A stretch of DNA of 64,000 nucleotides from an uncultured Pseudomonadota bacterium (GTDB lineage: Bacteria > Myxococcota_A > Polyangia > Fen-1088), in contig CAWKBC010000014.1 in NCBI GenBank assembly GCA_963847705.1, positions 128,001-192,000 on the forward strand, written 5' to 3'. Of the stretch, positions 11,172-21,516 are shown one piece after another. Both the position numbers and the translations under genes were made by a program. Below the pieces are notes generated by a model that made no database searches, was not told where the DNA came from, and saw only the letters and a program-made list of their open reading frames with translations. The stretch's first letter is position 1. Each line of letters starts with the position of its first letter.

Positions 11172-13862
11172 TCAGATAGCACGACGTCCAACATCGGCCT
11201 GCGCCGATTCGTGCTTTTGAAGCCACGCTTCCACCTGCGCCAGATTCTTACCGAGGGCCGCCTTCTCGTACACGGCTCGAGCGTCCTCTGCCAGTCGACG
11301 AGCGCGGCTCTGTTCTCGGCCCGATTCCCACAGCGCCTTTGCAAGGGCGAACCAAGTGTCGGCCCGATCGATCGGATCAACACCATCCTGGTCCCCGCGC
11401 ATCTTGACGGCCCGCTCTAGCGGCTCGACTGCAGCAGCGCCTCGCCCTTCCGTCAGATAGCCGATACCGATTCCAGTCAAGGAATAGGCGAGGACCGGTG
11501 CTTCCTTGCCGAGCTCGCGCTGCCAGATGGCGATCGCCTCTTCGAACGATCGCCGCGCCTCGTCCGGTTTGCCAAGGGCGTTGAGAATTTCGCCGCGATT
11601 GTTCAGCTGACTGGCCAAGTCCGGGTGTCCTGGACCGAGCCTTTTGACCTGGATTTCGATCGATCGCTCGACGTGAACCAACGCTTCTTCGTTCCGACCA
11701 GCGCCCTCTAGCACGTAGCCAAGGTTCCCTTCGGACTTCCCGACATCAGGATGATCCGGGCCCAGCAGGGCCTTCTTGAGCGCCAGTCCTTCTGTGAGCG
11801 CCTGTACGCCTGACTCCGTATCGCGGTGGACAGCGTAGGCACATCCGAGGTTGTTGAGCGCCCACGCTCTTAACAACTCGTGTCCGCCGAGCCGCTTGAG
11901 CACCGCGTTCGCGGTCACGAACCATCTCTTGGAGTCCTCAAGCCGTGCTTCTTGATCCCCCACCACGAAGACCAGTGTGGTCGCAACCTCGGCACGGATC
12001 TCGTCGTGCCGTGACGCGTCCGCAAGACTGTAGGCCTCGACCAACGCTTTCTCGGCAGCGTGGGGGTCGTTGGTTCTCTGTTTCATTGTCCCGAAGAGTC
12101 CCAGAGATTCTGCCAGCAGCGGCTCATAGCCGACCGTGCGAGCTTCCAAAACCAGTGCTGGTGCGTTCTGCAGCGTCTCTTTCCACCTTCCGGCATCGAA
12201 TCGCGCTTTCGTTTCCGCCATCCGCTTCCGCAGATCCGCCACCTTAGCCACCTTAGCCGGATCGTCGGGTGGCCGAACGACGGCTCGCAGCGTCGGAACG
12301 TCCGCGCAGCGGTCGAGCGTCGCAAGGGCGTTCGTCGCGGAAACAGCATTCTCGACGACCTCTCCCGTGGCGTCGGCGAATACATCCGTGAGGGCGTGGA
12401 ATCCGTTGAGTCGCTCGTTCAGGCAGGACATACGCAAGTCCAGCACCTCCGGGGACTGCTCATGGCGGAGCTGCGTCGCCTCGCAAGTCTGCTTGTACAT
12501 GTTCGCCCAAGTCTGGGCGTAGCCGGTCATCGCGCGCGTGACCGTTTCGTAGACGTCGGCGGCGTAGCTCTTTCCCGTCCGCATGAATGCGGCATGAATC
12601 TGAGACTGCCGCGGGGTCTCGGGTTGATCGGGCGGGTGAAGCTCCCAAATGCCCGCCAACTTCTCGCCGGCGCCGTCGCAAAGGGCCCGCCTGTCGATCA
12701 AGCTCTGGCGGACCCCGAGGCCGACCAACACCGGCAGCATCGCCACCGTCGCACCAACCGCCCACTTTCGCCGTTCCGCGCGCGGGTCTTTGCCGAGCGC
12801 GGCGAGCAGCTCCGCCATCGACGGATATCGCTCCGCCGGCGCCGAGCGCAAACCGCGCAGCAAGATCCGGCGTACCCAGAATGGCACCTTCGTTCCGGGC
12901 GGCGCGGAGCGGATGGTCCCCTGCACGACGTTCGCGGTCAACTCGGTCAGTTTTTTCCCCGGGAACGGCCGCTCTCCGTAGAGCGACTCGTAGAGCGCCA
13001 CGCAGAAACTGAACTGATCGGTGCGCGCGTCGGTCTCTTTGCCGAAGAACTGCTCGGGCGCCATGTACGCGGGCGTCCCCATCATCGCGCCGGTCCGCGT
13101 GAGGCGCGCGTCGAACAGGCCGGAGACCGACGACTGCATCTCGGCGCCCGAATCGGCCAGGCCGGGATTGAGCACCAACGTCCCTTCGTCGACCGGAAGT
13201 GCACCTCGATCACGTAGCGGCACCCCGTTGTCGAGTGGCAGCGTCCCAGTGCCGACCTCGATGTCTCCGCGCTTCTGCCCTGGGGAGGTGGCACGCGCGC
13301 GGTGCTCCTTGAGGCCGGGCTTGTCGATCTGGCGCGCCAGACCGAAGTCCATGACGCGGACCTGGCCGTCGCGGCCGACCATCACGTTGTCGGGCTTGAA
13401 GTCTCGGTGGACGAGACCCTTCTCGTGCGCCGCGGTCAGACCGCGTCCCGCCGAGATGAAGATGCGCAGGATCTCCTGCCAGGTGCGCGGCTTCTGCTCC
13501 AGCCAGAAGGTCACGGTGTTCCCCTCGACGAACTCCATCGCGATGAAGACCTTGTCTTCGAACGTGCCGACGTCGTAGACGACGACCACGTTGGGATCCG
13601 ACAGGCGCGCGATCGCCTGCGCCTCGCGCAGGGTCCGCTGGCGCCCCTCCGTCATCGAGACGCCGTTGCCGGCCTTGACCCGCAGCAGCTTGACCGCGAC
13701 CTTGCGATCGAGCTCCGGATCGTACGCGGCGTAGACCTCGCCCATCCCACCGCGTCCCACCAGCCCCAGCACGACGTAGCGGCCGATGATCGCGCCGCGC
13801 CCGAGCGGCGTGGCGGCCGAATCGATCGGAATGTGCGAGGGGGTGGGGTTCGTCTTCGACAT
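11172..13862 (-). CDS. Membrane Ser/Thr protein kinase with C-terminal TPR domain
   Basis: GRGGMGEVY, VAVK, HRDFKPDN, DFGLAR, GTPAYMAPEQ; TM segment; TPR-like repeats (LGPDHPDV). Confidence 0.93.
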   Translation of the reverse strand: MSKTNPTPSHIPIDSAATPLGRGAIIGRYVVLGLVGRGGMGEVYAAYDPELDRKVAVKLLRVKAGNGVSMTEGRQRTLREAQAIARLSDPNVVVVYDVGTFEDKVFIAMEFVEGNTVTFWLEQKPRTWQEILRIFISAGRGLTAAHEKGLVHRDFKPDNVMVGRDGQVRVMDFGLARQIDKPGLKEHRARATSPGQKRGDIEVGTGTLPLDNGVPLRDRGALPVDEGTLVLNPGLADSGAEMQSSVSGLFDARLTRTGAMMGTPAYMAPEQFFGKETDARTDQFSFCVALYESLYGERPFPGKKLTELTANVVQGTIRSAPPGTKVPFWVRRILLRGLRSAPAERYPSMAELLAALGKDPRAERRKWAVGATVAMLPVLVGLGVRQSLIDRRALCDGAGEKLAGIWELHPPDQPETPRQSQIHAAFMRTGKSYAADVYETVTRAMTGYAQTWANMYKQTCEATQLRHEQSPEVLDLRMSCLNERLNGFHALTDVFADATGEVVENAVSATNALATLDRCADVPTLRAVVRPPDDPAKVAKVADLRKRMAETKARFDAGRWKETLQNAPALVLEARTVGYEPLLAESLGLFGTMKQRTNDPHAAEKALVEAYSLADASRHDEIRAEVATTLVFVVGDQEARLEDSKRWFVTANAVLKRLGGHELLRAWALNNLGCAYAVHRDTESGVQALTEGLALKKALLGPDHPDVGKSEGNLGYVLEGAGRNEEALVHVERSIEIQVKRLGPGHPDLASQLNNRGEILNALGKPDEARRSFEEAIAIWQRELGKEAPVLAYSLTGIGIGYLTEGRGAAAVEPLERAVKMRGDQDGVDPIDRADTWFALAKALWESGREQSRARRLAEDARAVYEKAALGKNLAQVEAWLQKHESAQADVGRRAI

Positions 13863-13988
13863 CTAGAGGATGGGCCCCCTATATCGACGAATCCGGAAGC
13901 GAAACTGAGGGCTACCGTCCGACATCAACCCACACCTCGTCGGTCAACAACGGGGCCCACTTTAACGCGATGAGCCCGCGATCACGAA

Positions 13989-16109
13989 CTATGGGTGCGC
14001 GATGACGATCAAAGTCTCAGCCCGACTGAGCACGCAGGCGAGCGCGCGCTCGAGCGTCTCCGGGTCGAGCGCGGCGAAGCTCTCGTCGAGGATGCGGGCG
14101 TCGAGCGGCTGCAAAAGCGAACGCGCAATGTAGAGCCGCCCGCGCTCGCCGTGCGACAGCTGCCAGCCGCTCTCGCCGACCAGCTGCTCGAGCCCCGACG
14201 GCATGCGCCCGAGGAGCGGCCCGAGGTCGAGCTCGCGGCAGATCGCTTCGGCCTCCGCGACGTCCTCGCGGCGCGGGGGCCAGGCGCGTCCGAGCAGCAG
14301 ATTGAAGAGGAGGCTGGCGGAGAAGACGTGGTTCTCGTGGAACTGCGGCGCCGCGCCCACGCGCGCCCGCCAGCGCTCGTCGCCGAGCGCGCTCCGGTCG
14401 ATCCCGTCGAGCTGCAGGCTCCCCGAGGAGGGCGCCCTCAGCCCGCAGAGCAGCGCCGCGAGCGTCGACTTGCCGCCGCCCGAGGGGCCTTCGAGCAGCA
14501 CCCGATCGCCGCGCCGAATCTCGAGCGCGCAGTCGTCGAGCACCGGCTCGCGGCGTCCGGGGTAGCGGAAGCCCAGGGCGCGGGCCGCGATGAGCACGCC
14601 CCCGTCGGTGGCGGGCACCGCCGGTGAGGCGGGCGACGAAGTGGCCAAGGAAGTCGCCGACGAAGTCGCCGAGGAAATTGCGGCGCTCGGGCGCGCGGCC
14701 GTCGCGTCGCCCGCCAGCAGATCGCCGATGTTCCGCCAGGCGATCGCCGCGGCGCCGAGCGCGGGGAAGGCCCGCGCCAACTTGCGGAGCGCGCTGGTGA
14801 CGAAGAGGAGGCCGCCCAGGCTGGCGGCGAACGCGCCCGGGCGCTGCGTCGCCTCGCCGAATCGCGGCGCCAGGATGACGAGGGCGCCGATCAGGAAACC
14901 GCGCGGCACGACCACGGTCAGCGCAGCGACCGCGCGATCGAGCGCGCGGCCTCGCGACGAATAGAGGGCGAGCGCGCGGTCCTCGTCGCGGTGCCACAGC
15001 TCGCTCGGCTGCTGCGCGACCAGCGTCCGTTGCCCGACCATGCGTTCGACGAGATCGTGCGTGAGCGCCAGCCGCTCGGCCGACCAGGCCCGGAGCGACC
15101 GCTGCACGCGCGCCGCGAGCGCCGCGGCCAGGAGTCCCCAGGTTGCCGCGAAGACCAGCTCGCCGACCGGCGCCACGCCGACCGCCAGCACGCAGAGGCC
15201 GGTGGCAAGCTCGAAGAGCCCCACCGCCGCAGTGAGGCCACCGCCGAGCGCCAGCGATTCGACCGCCTCGACGTCGGCGACACGCCCCATGAGCCGGCCG
15301 ATCCCGGCCGCGCGCAGCGGCTCGGTGTCGAGGCGCAAGAGGCCGTGCAGGATCCGATCGCGCAGCACCGCGCCGGCATCGATCGCCAGCCGGCCGGCCG
15401 CGCGCGACGAGGCGAGACGGACGGCGGCCAGGAGTGCGATGAGGGCGATCCACCCCCAGCCACCGCCCCCGAGGCTGCTCGCCCTCACGGCGCGCGCGCC
15501 GATCGTCCCCCAGAGCGCGACCAGCAGCGCGAGCTGCCCGACATAGCCCAGGAGCGCCGCCCCCAACCGGCGCCCGACGCCGGCGGCGCGCAGGGCCGCG
15601 CCGATCGAACGCCGCGCAGGGCGGAGCCGCGCCCCTTCGGCCACCCGCTCACCTCCGAGCGCCGCGGCCAGCAACGCCGCGCGCACGGATTCGGCGCGCG
15701 CCCCGGCGAAGCCCGCCTGCGCCACCGCCGCCTCCACGCCCGTCGGCGACGAGGCTTCGACCGGCGCGCGCAACAGCGCCGACAGCGCCGCGCTCGCGCG
15801 GACGGCGACGGTGCCGCCCGGGACCAGCAGACGCACGTCGGTGCCGGCGTGGCCGACGAGCCCCAGGAGCGCGCCCGCGCCGCCCCCCACGCGCAGAACC
15901 GCGGGCGCTTCGGCGCGCGCCCGCGACGTGAACACCGGCGCGACATCGGCGTAGCTGAGCTCGAAGCGATCGGATGGCCCTGGCTGCGCGATCCCGGCCG
16001 CCAACGCCAGCGCCGCGGTCAGCTCGTCGCGGCGCTCGAGTGGCCACAAGCAGTCGTCCAAGCTGCTGTTCGAGCCGGCGTTCGCCTTGGCTTCCCAGCG
16101 GGCGCTCAC
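13989..16109 (-). CDS. ABC exporter half-transporter (TMD+NBD)
   Basis: GPSGGGKST, LSHGE, ILDESFAALD, terminal IAHP; overlaps stop of the upstream PCAT. Confidence 0.88.
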   Translation of the reverse strand: MSARWEAKANAGSNSSLDDCLWPLERRDELTAALALAAGIAQPGPSDRFELSYADVAPVFTSRARAEAPAVLRVGGGAGALLGLVGHAGTDVRLLVPGGTVAVRASAALSALLRAPVEASSPTGVEAAVAQAGFAGARAESVRAALLAAALGGERVAEGARLRPARRSIGAALRAAGVGRRLGAALLGYVGQLALLVALWGTIGARAVRASSLGGGGWGWIALIALLAAVRLASSRAAGRLAIDAGAVLRDRILHGLLRLDTEPLRAAGIGRLMGRVADVEAVESLALGGGLTAAVGLFELATGLCVLAVGVAPVGELVFAATWGLLAAALAARVQRSLRAWSAERLALTHDLVERMVGQRTLVAQQPSELWHRDEDRALALYSSRGRALDRAVAALTVVVPRGFLIGALVILAPRFGEATQRPGAFAASLGGLLFVTSALRKLARAFPALGAAAIAWRNIGDLLAGDATAARPSAAISSATSSATSLATSSPASPAVPATDGGVLIAARALGFRYPGRREPVLDDCALEIRRGDRVLLEGPSGGGKSTLAALLCGLRAPSSGSLQLDGIDRSALGDERWRARVGAAPQFHENHVFSASLLFNLLLGRAWPPRREDVAEAEAICRELDLGPLLGRMPSGLEQLVGESGWQLSHGERGRLYIARSLLQPLDARILDESFAALDPETLERALACVLSRAETLIVIAHP

Positions 16110-18881
16110 CGCGGCCGCTCCACGATCCGGCGCTCTTCGAGCCGCAGCCGGCGCCAGCGCTCACCCGACCAGGCCGCCGCCCGCACCCGCCGCTCGGCGT
16201 CGGCCAGCGCCGCATAACGCGAGCCCGGCTGCGCGAGCAGCGCCGCGGGGGCGCCGTCCTCGGCGACGCGGCCGTCCGCGATCACCAGGACGCGCGGAAA
16301 GGCCGCCGTCTCGTCGATGTCGTGGGTCACGCAAAACAGCGTCGCCGAGGACCAGCGGCGCCGCGCCCGCGCCAGCAGAGCCTGGCGCTGGTCGCGCGAG
16401 AGCCCCCGGAACGGCTCGTCGAGGATCACCAGCCGCGGCCGCTCGCGCAAAAGCCCGCGCCCGAACCGCACCCGCTGTCCTTCGCCGCCCGACACCAGGC
16501 CGCCCGCCTCGCCGAGCGGCGTCGCGAGCCCCTCGGGCAGCCGGCGCACCACCTCGCCGAGCTCCGCCTCGTCGAGCACGGCGCCGAACGCGTCGGGGGT
16601 GGCCGCCAGGCCGAACGCCAGGTTGTCGGCCAGCGACCGGTTCCAGAGATAGACGGCGGGATCGATCCAGACGGTCCGGCGGCGCAGCGCCTCGATCCCG
16701 GCGCCGTCGAGCGGCGCCCCGTCGATGCGGACCGTGCCGGTCGCCGGCCGGTGCCATCCGAGCAGCAGCCCCACCAGGCTCGATTTGCCGGCGCCCGACG
16801 CACCGACGATCGCCACCGCCTCTCCGGGCGCGATCGCCAGCGCGCCGACCTCGAGGATTCTGGTGACCGCCGGCCACCACGCGCACGTCGTCGAGCTGAA
16901 TGCGCACACCCGGCCTGACGTCGTCGGCAGGCGCGCCGGCGTCTTCTGTGGGCGTGGTCTGTGCGGCTCGAGCGGCGCCCGCGGCGTCGTCCTCGGGGGC
17001 GCCGAGCGGCTCGAGCAGCCGCAGGGTGAGGTTGCGCTGGGCCGGGATCTGCTGGACCAACGCGGTCAGCTCCTGGCCGAGCGCCGGCAACGACAGCGCC
17101 CAGTAGACGAGCAGCAGCGCCGTGCCGGGATCTGCCGTCGCGGCCGTCGCCGCTCCACGCCCGAAGAAGCCCACCAGCAGCCGCACCGCCAGCGCGAGCC
17201 CGAGCAGCGTCTGCGCGGCCTCCGCCGTCAGCGCCGCGCCGAGCGCCCGCCGCGCGGCCGCCACCCATTCCCGCAGGCGATCGCGATGCTCCCGCGCCAG
17301 CGCAGGCTCGCCGCCGTGCGTGCGCACCGCCACCAGCCCCAGCAGCCCGTCGAGGTAGAAGCGCCCCAACGCGCCCGCGTGGTTGCGCATCCGCAGATCG
17401 CGCTCCGCCACGGCCGGCTCGGCGACGAACGGGACCAGCAGCGCGACCAGCCCGAGCGCGATCGCCAACCCCGCGCCGCGCGGGTCGAGCCAGGCCAGTC
17501 CACCCGCGACGACCACGATCTCGATCCCGGTGCGGGCAATCTCTCCGCCCAGCGTCGGGAGCGCGCGCAGTCGGTGCAGGAGGTGCGCGCGCTCGGCCAT
17601 GTCCGAGACCGGTCGGCTCTGGAAGTAGCGATCTGGCAGGCGTGGAATCTTGCGCAGGTAGAGCGCGCGCAGCCGCTCCTCGAGCCGGGCCCCCGCGCGG
17701 CGCAAGCTCCCCGCCAGCGGGAGCTCGAGCGCGAGCAGCGCCACCAGCAGCACCACGATCGCCCCCGCGAGCGCCCGGGGACTGCGCGGCGCGCCGCCGA
17801 GGGCGTGGCCGGCGAGGCGCGAGAGGAATCCGGCGCTGCCGGCGCCATCCCCCACCGCGAGATCGATGAGCGCCCGGAACAGCAGGGCTTCGGCGACGGC
17901 GCCCAGCGCCGCCAGCACGACCCCGACGGCGAGCGCGGCCCAGCGCCCGCGCCCGTCGCGGACCAGCAGGCGCCAGAGCTCGGCCGCGGCGCGCGGGCGC
18001 GGCTCCTCGACGGCGGCGCGCAGCTCGGCCGGCAACGCCGCCTTCCGGACGTCGTCGAGCGGCCTGGCCGCCGACGCCCGCAGCAGGACGGCGCCGCGGA
18101 CCGTGACCTGCGCGGTGCCGTCCTCGGCGGCGGGCGCAGCCGAGGCGGTGGCGTAGATGGGCGGCACCAAGGGAGGTCCGTCGTCGCCCGCCCGGGCGAA
18201 CGCCAGCGAGTTGACCAGGCCGCCGGCTTCGGCGCCGGATGAGACCGCACCCGAGGCCACCAGCGCGGCGACCGTTCGTGTCGCGCCGTCGAGCGCGGCG
18301 ATCGCCGACCAGCCCGCATCGTCGAGAGCGCGGGCGATCAGCGCTTCGCCATCCGGCGCTCCCAGCGCGCGCAGCCGGTGAGCGAGCGGGCGGGTGAACG
18401 CGTCGCTGGCGGCGAACTCGCGGAAGGCGTCGGCGGGAACCGACATCCGGTGCACGTAGACGTCACGCAGGAACGTCTCGCGCCGCACCCACCGCCGCCC
18501 CCGCGCCGGGTCCATGACCTGCACGAAGCCGCCGTGCACGCGCCAGACGACCACGAAGTGAACCAGCCCCGACGGCAACCGCGTCACGACGATGGCGGGC
18601 AGCGCCTCCGCCTCGGCGAGCAGCAGGTGGTCGACCGGCATCATCACCTGCTCGGCGTCGAGCCCCAGGCTGGCCCCCAGCGTCTCCAGCGTGTCGATCG
18701 ACGTCCCGTCGACGGAGGTCTGGCAGGCCTCGCGCAGGCGGCCGTAGCTGACGCCGACGCCAAAGCCCTCCAGCAGGCACTTCAGGGCCGCCGGCCCACA
18801 GTCCATCGCCGAGGTCTGAATCACCTCCGGCGCGAAGAATCGCCGTGAAGCTCGCGACGGCGACGACGGCGACGACGACAT
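16106..18881 (-). CDS. Peptidase C39-containing ABC transporter (PCAT), apparent frameshift at ~16858
   Basis: QTSAMDCGPAAL (catalytic Cys), HFVVVW, MDPARG; TMD; removing one base joins VVAGGHQ to ILEVG...GASGAGKS, VSGGE, LDEPF. Confidence 0.88.
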
Positions 18882-18911
18882 TTGGGCCACCCACGCTACA
18901 ATGACGGCCCG

Positions 18912-20042
18912 GTGGCATCCATCCCTCGCGCTCCCGGCGCCGACCGCGCCGAGCGCCATCTGACCGTCGCTGTCGCCGCCCACGAGCGCGCCATCGCGCT
19001 GCGGATCGCCGGCCGCTTCGCTCCGGCCGAGCAGGCCTGCCGCCGGGCGCTGGCGGGCTATACGGCCGCGGAGGGGGCCCGCCACCCCGACGTGGCCAAC
19101 GCGCTCTGCGAGCTGGCCACGACCCTGCAGGCGCGCGATCGCCCCACCGAGGCTGCCCGTGCCCTCCGCCGGGCGCTGGCGATCCTGCGCGCGCCCTCGG
19201 ACGATCCCGATCTGCTGCGCCTCCGGCTGCAAGCGCGGATTGCCCTGGCCGGCCTCGACCGCGCGCGCGGCGCCTACGGCGCCGCCGACCGCGGCTTCCG
19301 GGCCGTGCTGGCGGAGGCGCGGCGCCGGCTGCCGCCGCGCGATCCGCTGACGCTCGGGGTGCTCAACAACCTGGGCGTCCTGCGCAAGGCCGAGGGGCGC
19401 TACGCCGAGGCCGTCGGCTTTTATCGGCAGACGAAGCGCCTGCTCGGCCGCGATCGCCAGGCGCGCGCCACGCTGGAGCACAACCTCGGCGGCATCGCCC
19501 ACGCGCGCGGCCGCTACGCCGAGGCCGAGCCGCACGCCCGGCGCGCGGTCACGCTGCGGGCGGCGGCCGTCGGGGCGTCGCACCCGGCCTGGGCGGCCGA
19601 CGTCGCGGCGCTGGCGGCGGTGGTGGAATCGCGCGGTCGCCTCGACGAGGCGGCGGCCCTCTACCGCCGGTCCCAGGCGGTCTTCCGCCGCAAGCTCGGC
19701 GAGGCCAGCCTGGAGTTCGGCCTGGGGCTGGCCGGGCTGGCGGCCGTCGAGCAGCAGCGGGGGAACGTCGCCCGCGCCCGGTCGCTGTATGCGCGGGCGC
19801 TGCCGACGCTGGGGCGCCGCCTCGGACGCCACCATCCCGACGTCGCCTTGACCGTCAACAACCTCGCCGTGCTGGAGCGAAACGAGCATCGCCTCGGGCG
19901 CGCGGAGGCGCTGTTCCGGCGCGCGGCCGAGAGCCTGCGGCGCGCGCTCGGGGCGCGGCACCCACACACCGTCCTGGCGCGCGACAACCTGCGCGCGGTG
20001 ACTGCGGCACGGCTCAAGCCCACCCGCGTCACCCGCCGATGA
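18912..20042 (+). CDS. TPR-repeat protein
   Basis: Repeated HPDVA..NNL / LNNLG TPR-like units; divergent from the PCAT; start uncertain. Confidence 0.8.
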   Translation: MASIPRAPGADRAERHLTVAVAAHERAIALRIAGRFAPAEQACRRALAGYTAAEGARHPDVANALCELATTLQARDRPTEAARALRRALAILRAPSDDPDLLRLRLQARIALAGLDRARGAYGAADRGFRAVLAEARRRLPPRDPLTLGVLNNLGVLRKAEGRYAEAVGFYRQTKRLLGRDRQARATLEHNLGGIAHARGRYAEAEPHARRAVTLRAAAVGASHPAWAADVAALAAVVESRGRLDEAAALYRRSQAVFRRKLGEASLEFGLGLAGLAAVEQQRGNVARARSLYARALPTLGRRLGRHHPDVALTVNNLAVLERNEHRLGRAEALFRRAAESLRRALGARHPHTVLARDNLRAVTAARLKPTRVTRR

Positions 20043-20052
20043 CCAGTCACTG

Positions 20053-21444
20053 ATGGCGGAGCCCCTCCTCGACCTGGTTGTGCGCGGGGGGACCATCGTG
20101 AACGCCGACGGGCGACAGCGGGTCGACGTGGGGGTCGCCGGCGGGCGCGTCGTTCAGCTCGGCGGCGCGATGACCGGCGCCCGCGAGCTCGACGCCGGTG
20201 GCCGCTTCGTCCTGCCGGGGGGCGTCGATCCGCATGTCCACCTCAACGTCGCCGAGCTCGACTCCAGCGAACCGGACTGGGTCGACGACTACACCAGCGG
20301 CTCGGAGGCCGCGCTGGCCGGGGGCGTCACCACCGTCGGCAACATGTCCTACGTCCTGCCCTGGGAGACCATCGCCGAGCGCGTGGCCGCCGAGTCGGCG
20401 CTGGTGGCGCGGCAGGCGATCGCCGACGTCTTCTTCCACGCCGTCGTGCTGACGCCGGGCCCCGAGCTCGTGGCCGAGGTGGGACCGGCGGTGGCGGCGG
20501 GTCAGTCGAGCATGAAGATCTTCATGTGCATGCCGTCCTTCGACGCCTGCGCCCCGGAGTTCAGCCGGCTGATGAAGGCCACCGGCGACGCGGGTGGAAT
20601 CGTGCTCATCCACTGCGAAGATCTCGCCACCATCGAATGTTGCACCGCCATGCTCTCGGCGCGGGCGCAGACCGCGACCGCGCACTTCGCCGAGAGCCGG
20701 CCGGTCGCCTCGGAGGTCATCGCGGTCGAGCGGGCCATCGCCATGTGCCGCGCCACCGGCGCGCCGACCTACATCGTCCACCTGTCGTCGGCGGGCGCGC
20801 TGGTGGCCGCGCGGGCGGCCCGCGCCGAGGGGCTCCCCCTCTTCGTGGAGACGCGCCCCCTCTACCTCTACCTGACCGAGGAGCGTTACCGCGACCCCGA
20901 CGGCGGCATCTACGTGGCCCAGCCGCCGCTGCGCGCCGACGTCGATTGCGAGGCCCTCTGGCGCGGCATCGCCGACGGCACGGTCGACACGCTCGGCAGC
21001 GATCATGCTCCCTGGACGCGCGCGCTCAAGCTCGACCCCAAGCTGGACGTCGCTCATCCGCGCCCGGGCGTGGCCGAGCTCGACACCATGTTGCCGCTCT
21101 TCTTCACCGAGGCGGTCGGCAAGGAACGGATCACGCTGGAGCGCTTCGTCGCCCTCACCGCCAGCAACGCCGCCCGCCTGTTCGGCCTCTATCCGCGCAA
21201 GGGGACGATCGCGGTCGGCTCCGACGCCGACCTGGTGATCTGGGAGACGCGCGGGCGGCGAACGATTCGCGACGAGCAGCTCTTCTCGCGCGCCGGCCAC
21301 ACCGTCTACGCCGGCCGGGAGATCACCGCCTGGCCAAGGACCACCATCCGCCGGGGCGAGGTGGTGTTCGACGACGGCCGCATCGTGGGTCGCCCCGGCG
21401 GCGGCCAGCCCGTCCCGCGCGGCAAGACGCAGCCGCCGCGCTGA
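20053..21444 (+). CDS. Cyclic amidohydrolase (dihydropyrimidinase/hydantoinase-like)
   Basis: PGGVDPHVH, GGVTT, IHCED, IVHLSS, GSDHAP, KGTIAVGSDADLVIW. Confidence 0.88.
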   Translation: MAEPLLDLVVRGGTIVNADGRQRVDVGVAGGRVVQLGGAMTGARELDAGGRFVLPGGVDPHVHLNVAELDSSEPDWVDDYTSGSEAALAGGVTTVGNMSYVLPWETIAERVAAESALVARQAIADVFFHAVVLTPGPELVAEVGPAVAAGQSSMKIFMCMPSFDACAPEFSRLMKATGDAGGIVLIHCEDLATIECCTAMLSARAQTATAHFAESRPVASEVIAVERAIAMCRATGAPTYIVHLSSAGALVAARAARAEGLPLFVETRPLYLYLTEERYRDPDGGIYVAQPPLRADVDCEALWRGIADGTVDTLGSDHAPWTRALKLDPKLDVAHPRPGVAELDTMLPLFFTEAVGKERITLERFVALTASNAARLFGLYPRKGTIAVGSDADLVIWETRGRRTIRDEQLFSRAGHTVYAGREITAWPRTTIRRGEVVFDDGRIVGRPGGGQPVPRGKTQPPR

Positions 21445-21516
21445 CTGTCCCGCGCGGCAAGACGCAGCCGCCGCGCTGACTGTCCCGCGCGGCGAGACGC
21501 AGCCCCCGCGCTGACT
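21412..21516 (+). repeat. 3 x 35-bp tandem repeat across the amidohydrolase stop codon
   Basis: GTCCCGCGCGGCAAGACGCAGCCGCCGCGCTGACT at 21412, 21447 and 21482 (third copy has 2 mismatches). Confidence 0.95.

Noticed and set aside
10274-11420. Alternative-frame ORFs over the repeat (10345..11220, 10479..11420) and the upstream start at 10274
   Set aside because: These frames are open only because the repeat lacks stops; the promoter and RBS point to ATG 10421.
16161-20096. 1311-aa minus-strand ORF as one protein
   Set aside because: Its N-terminal part is the antisense shadow of the TPR gene and its C-terminal part is off-frame after the indel; only 18881 to ~16860 is real PCAT sequence.
20053-21444. 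Amidohydrolase as a tailoring enzyme for the NHN peptides
   Set aside because: It looks like an ordinary hydantoinase-family enzyme; only proximity supports a link, so it is not claimed.
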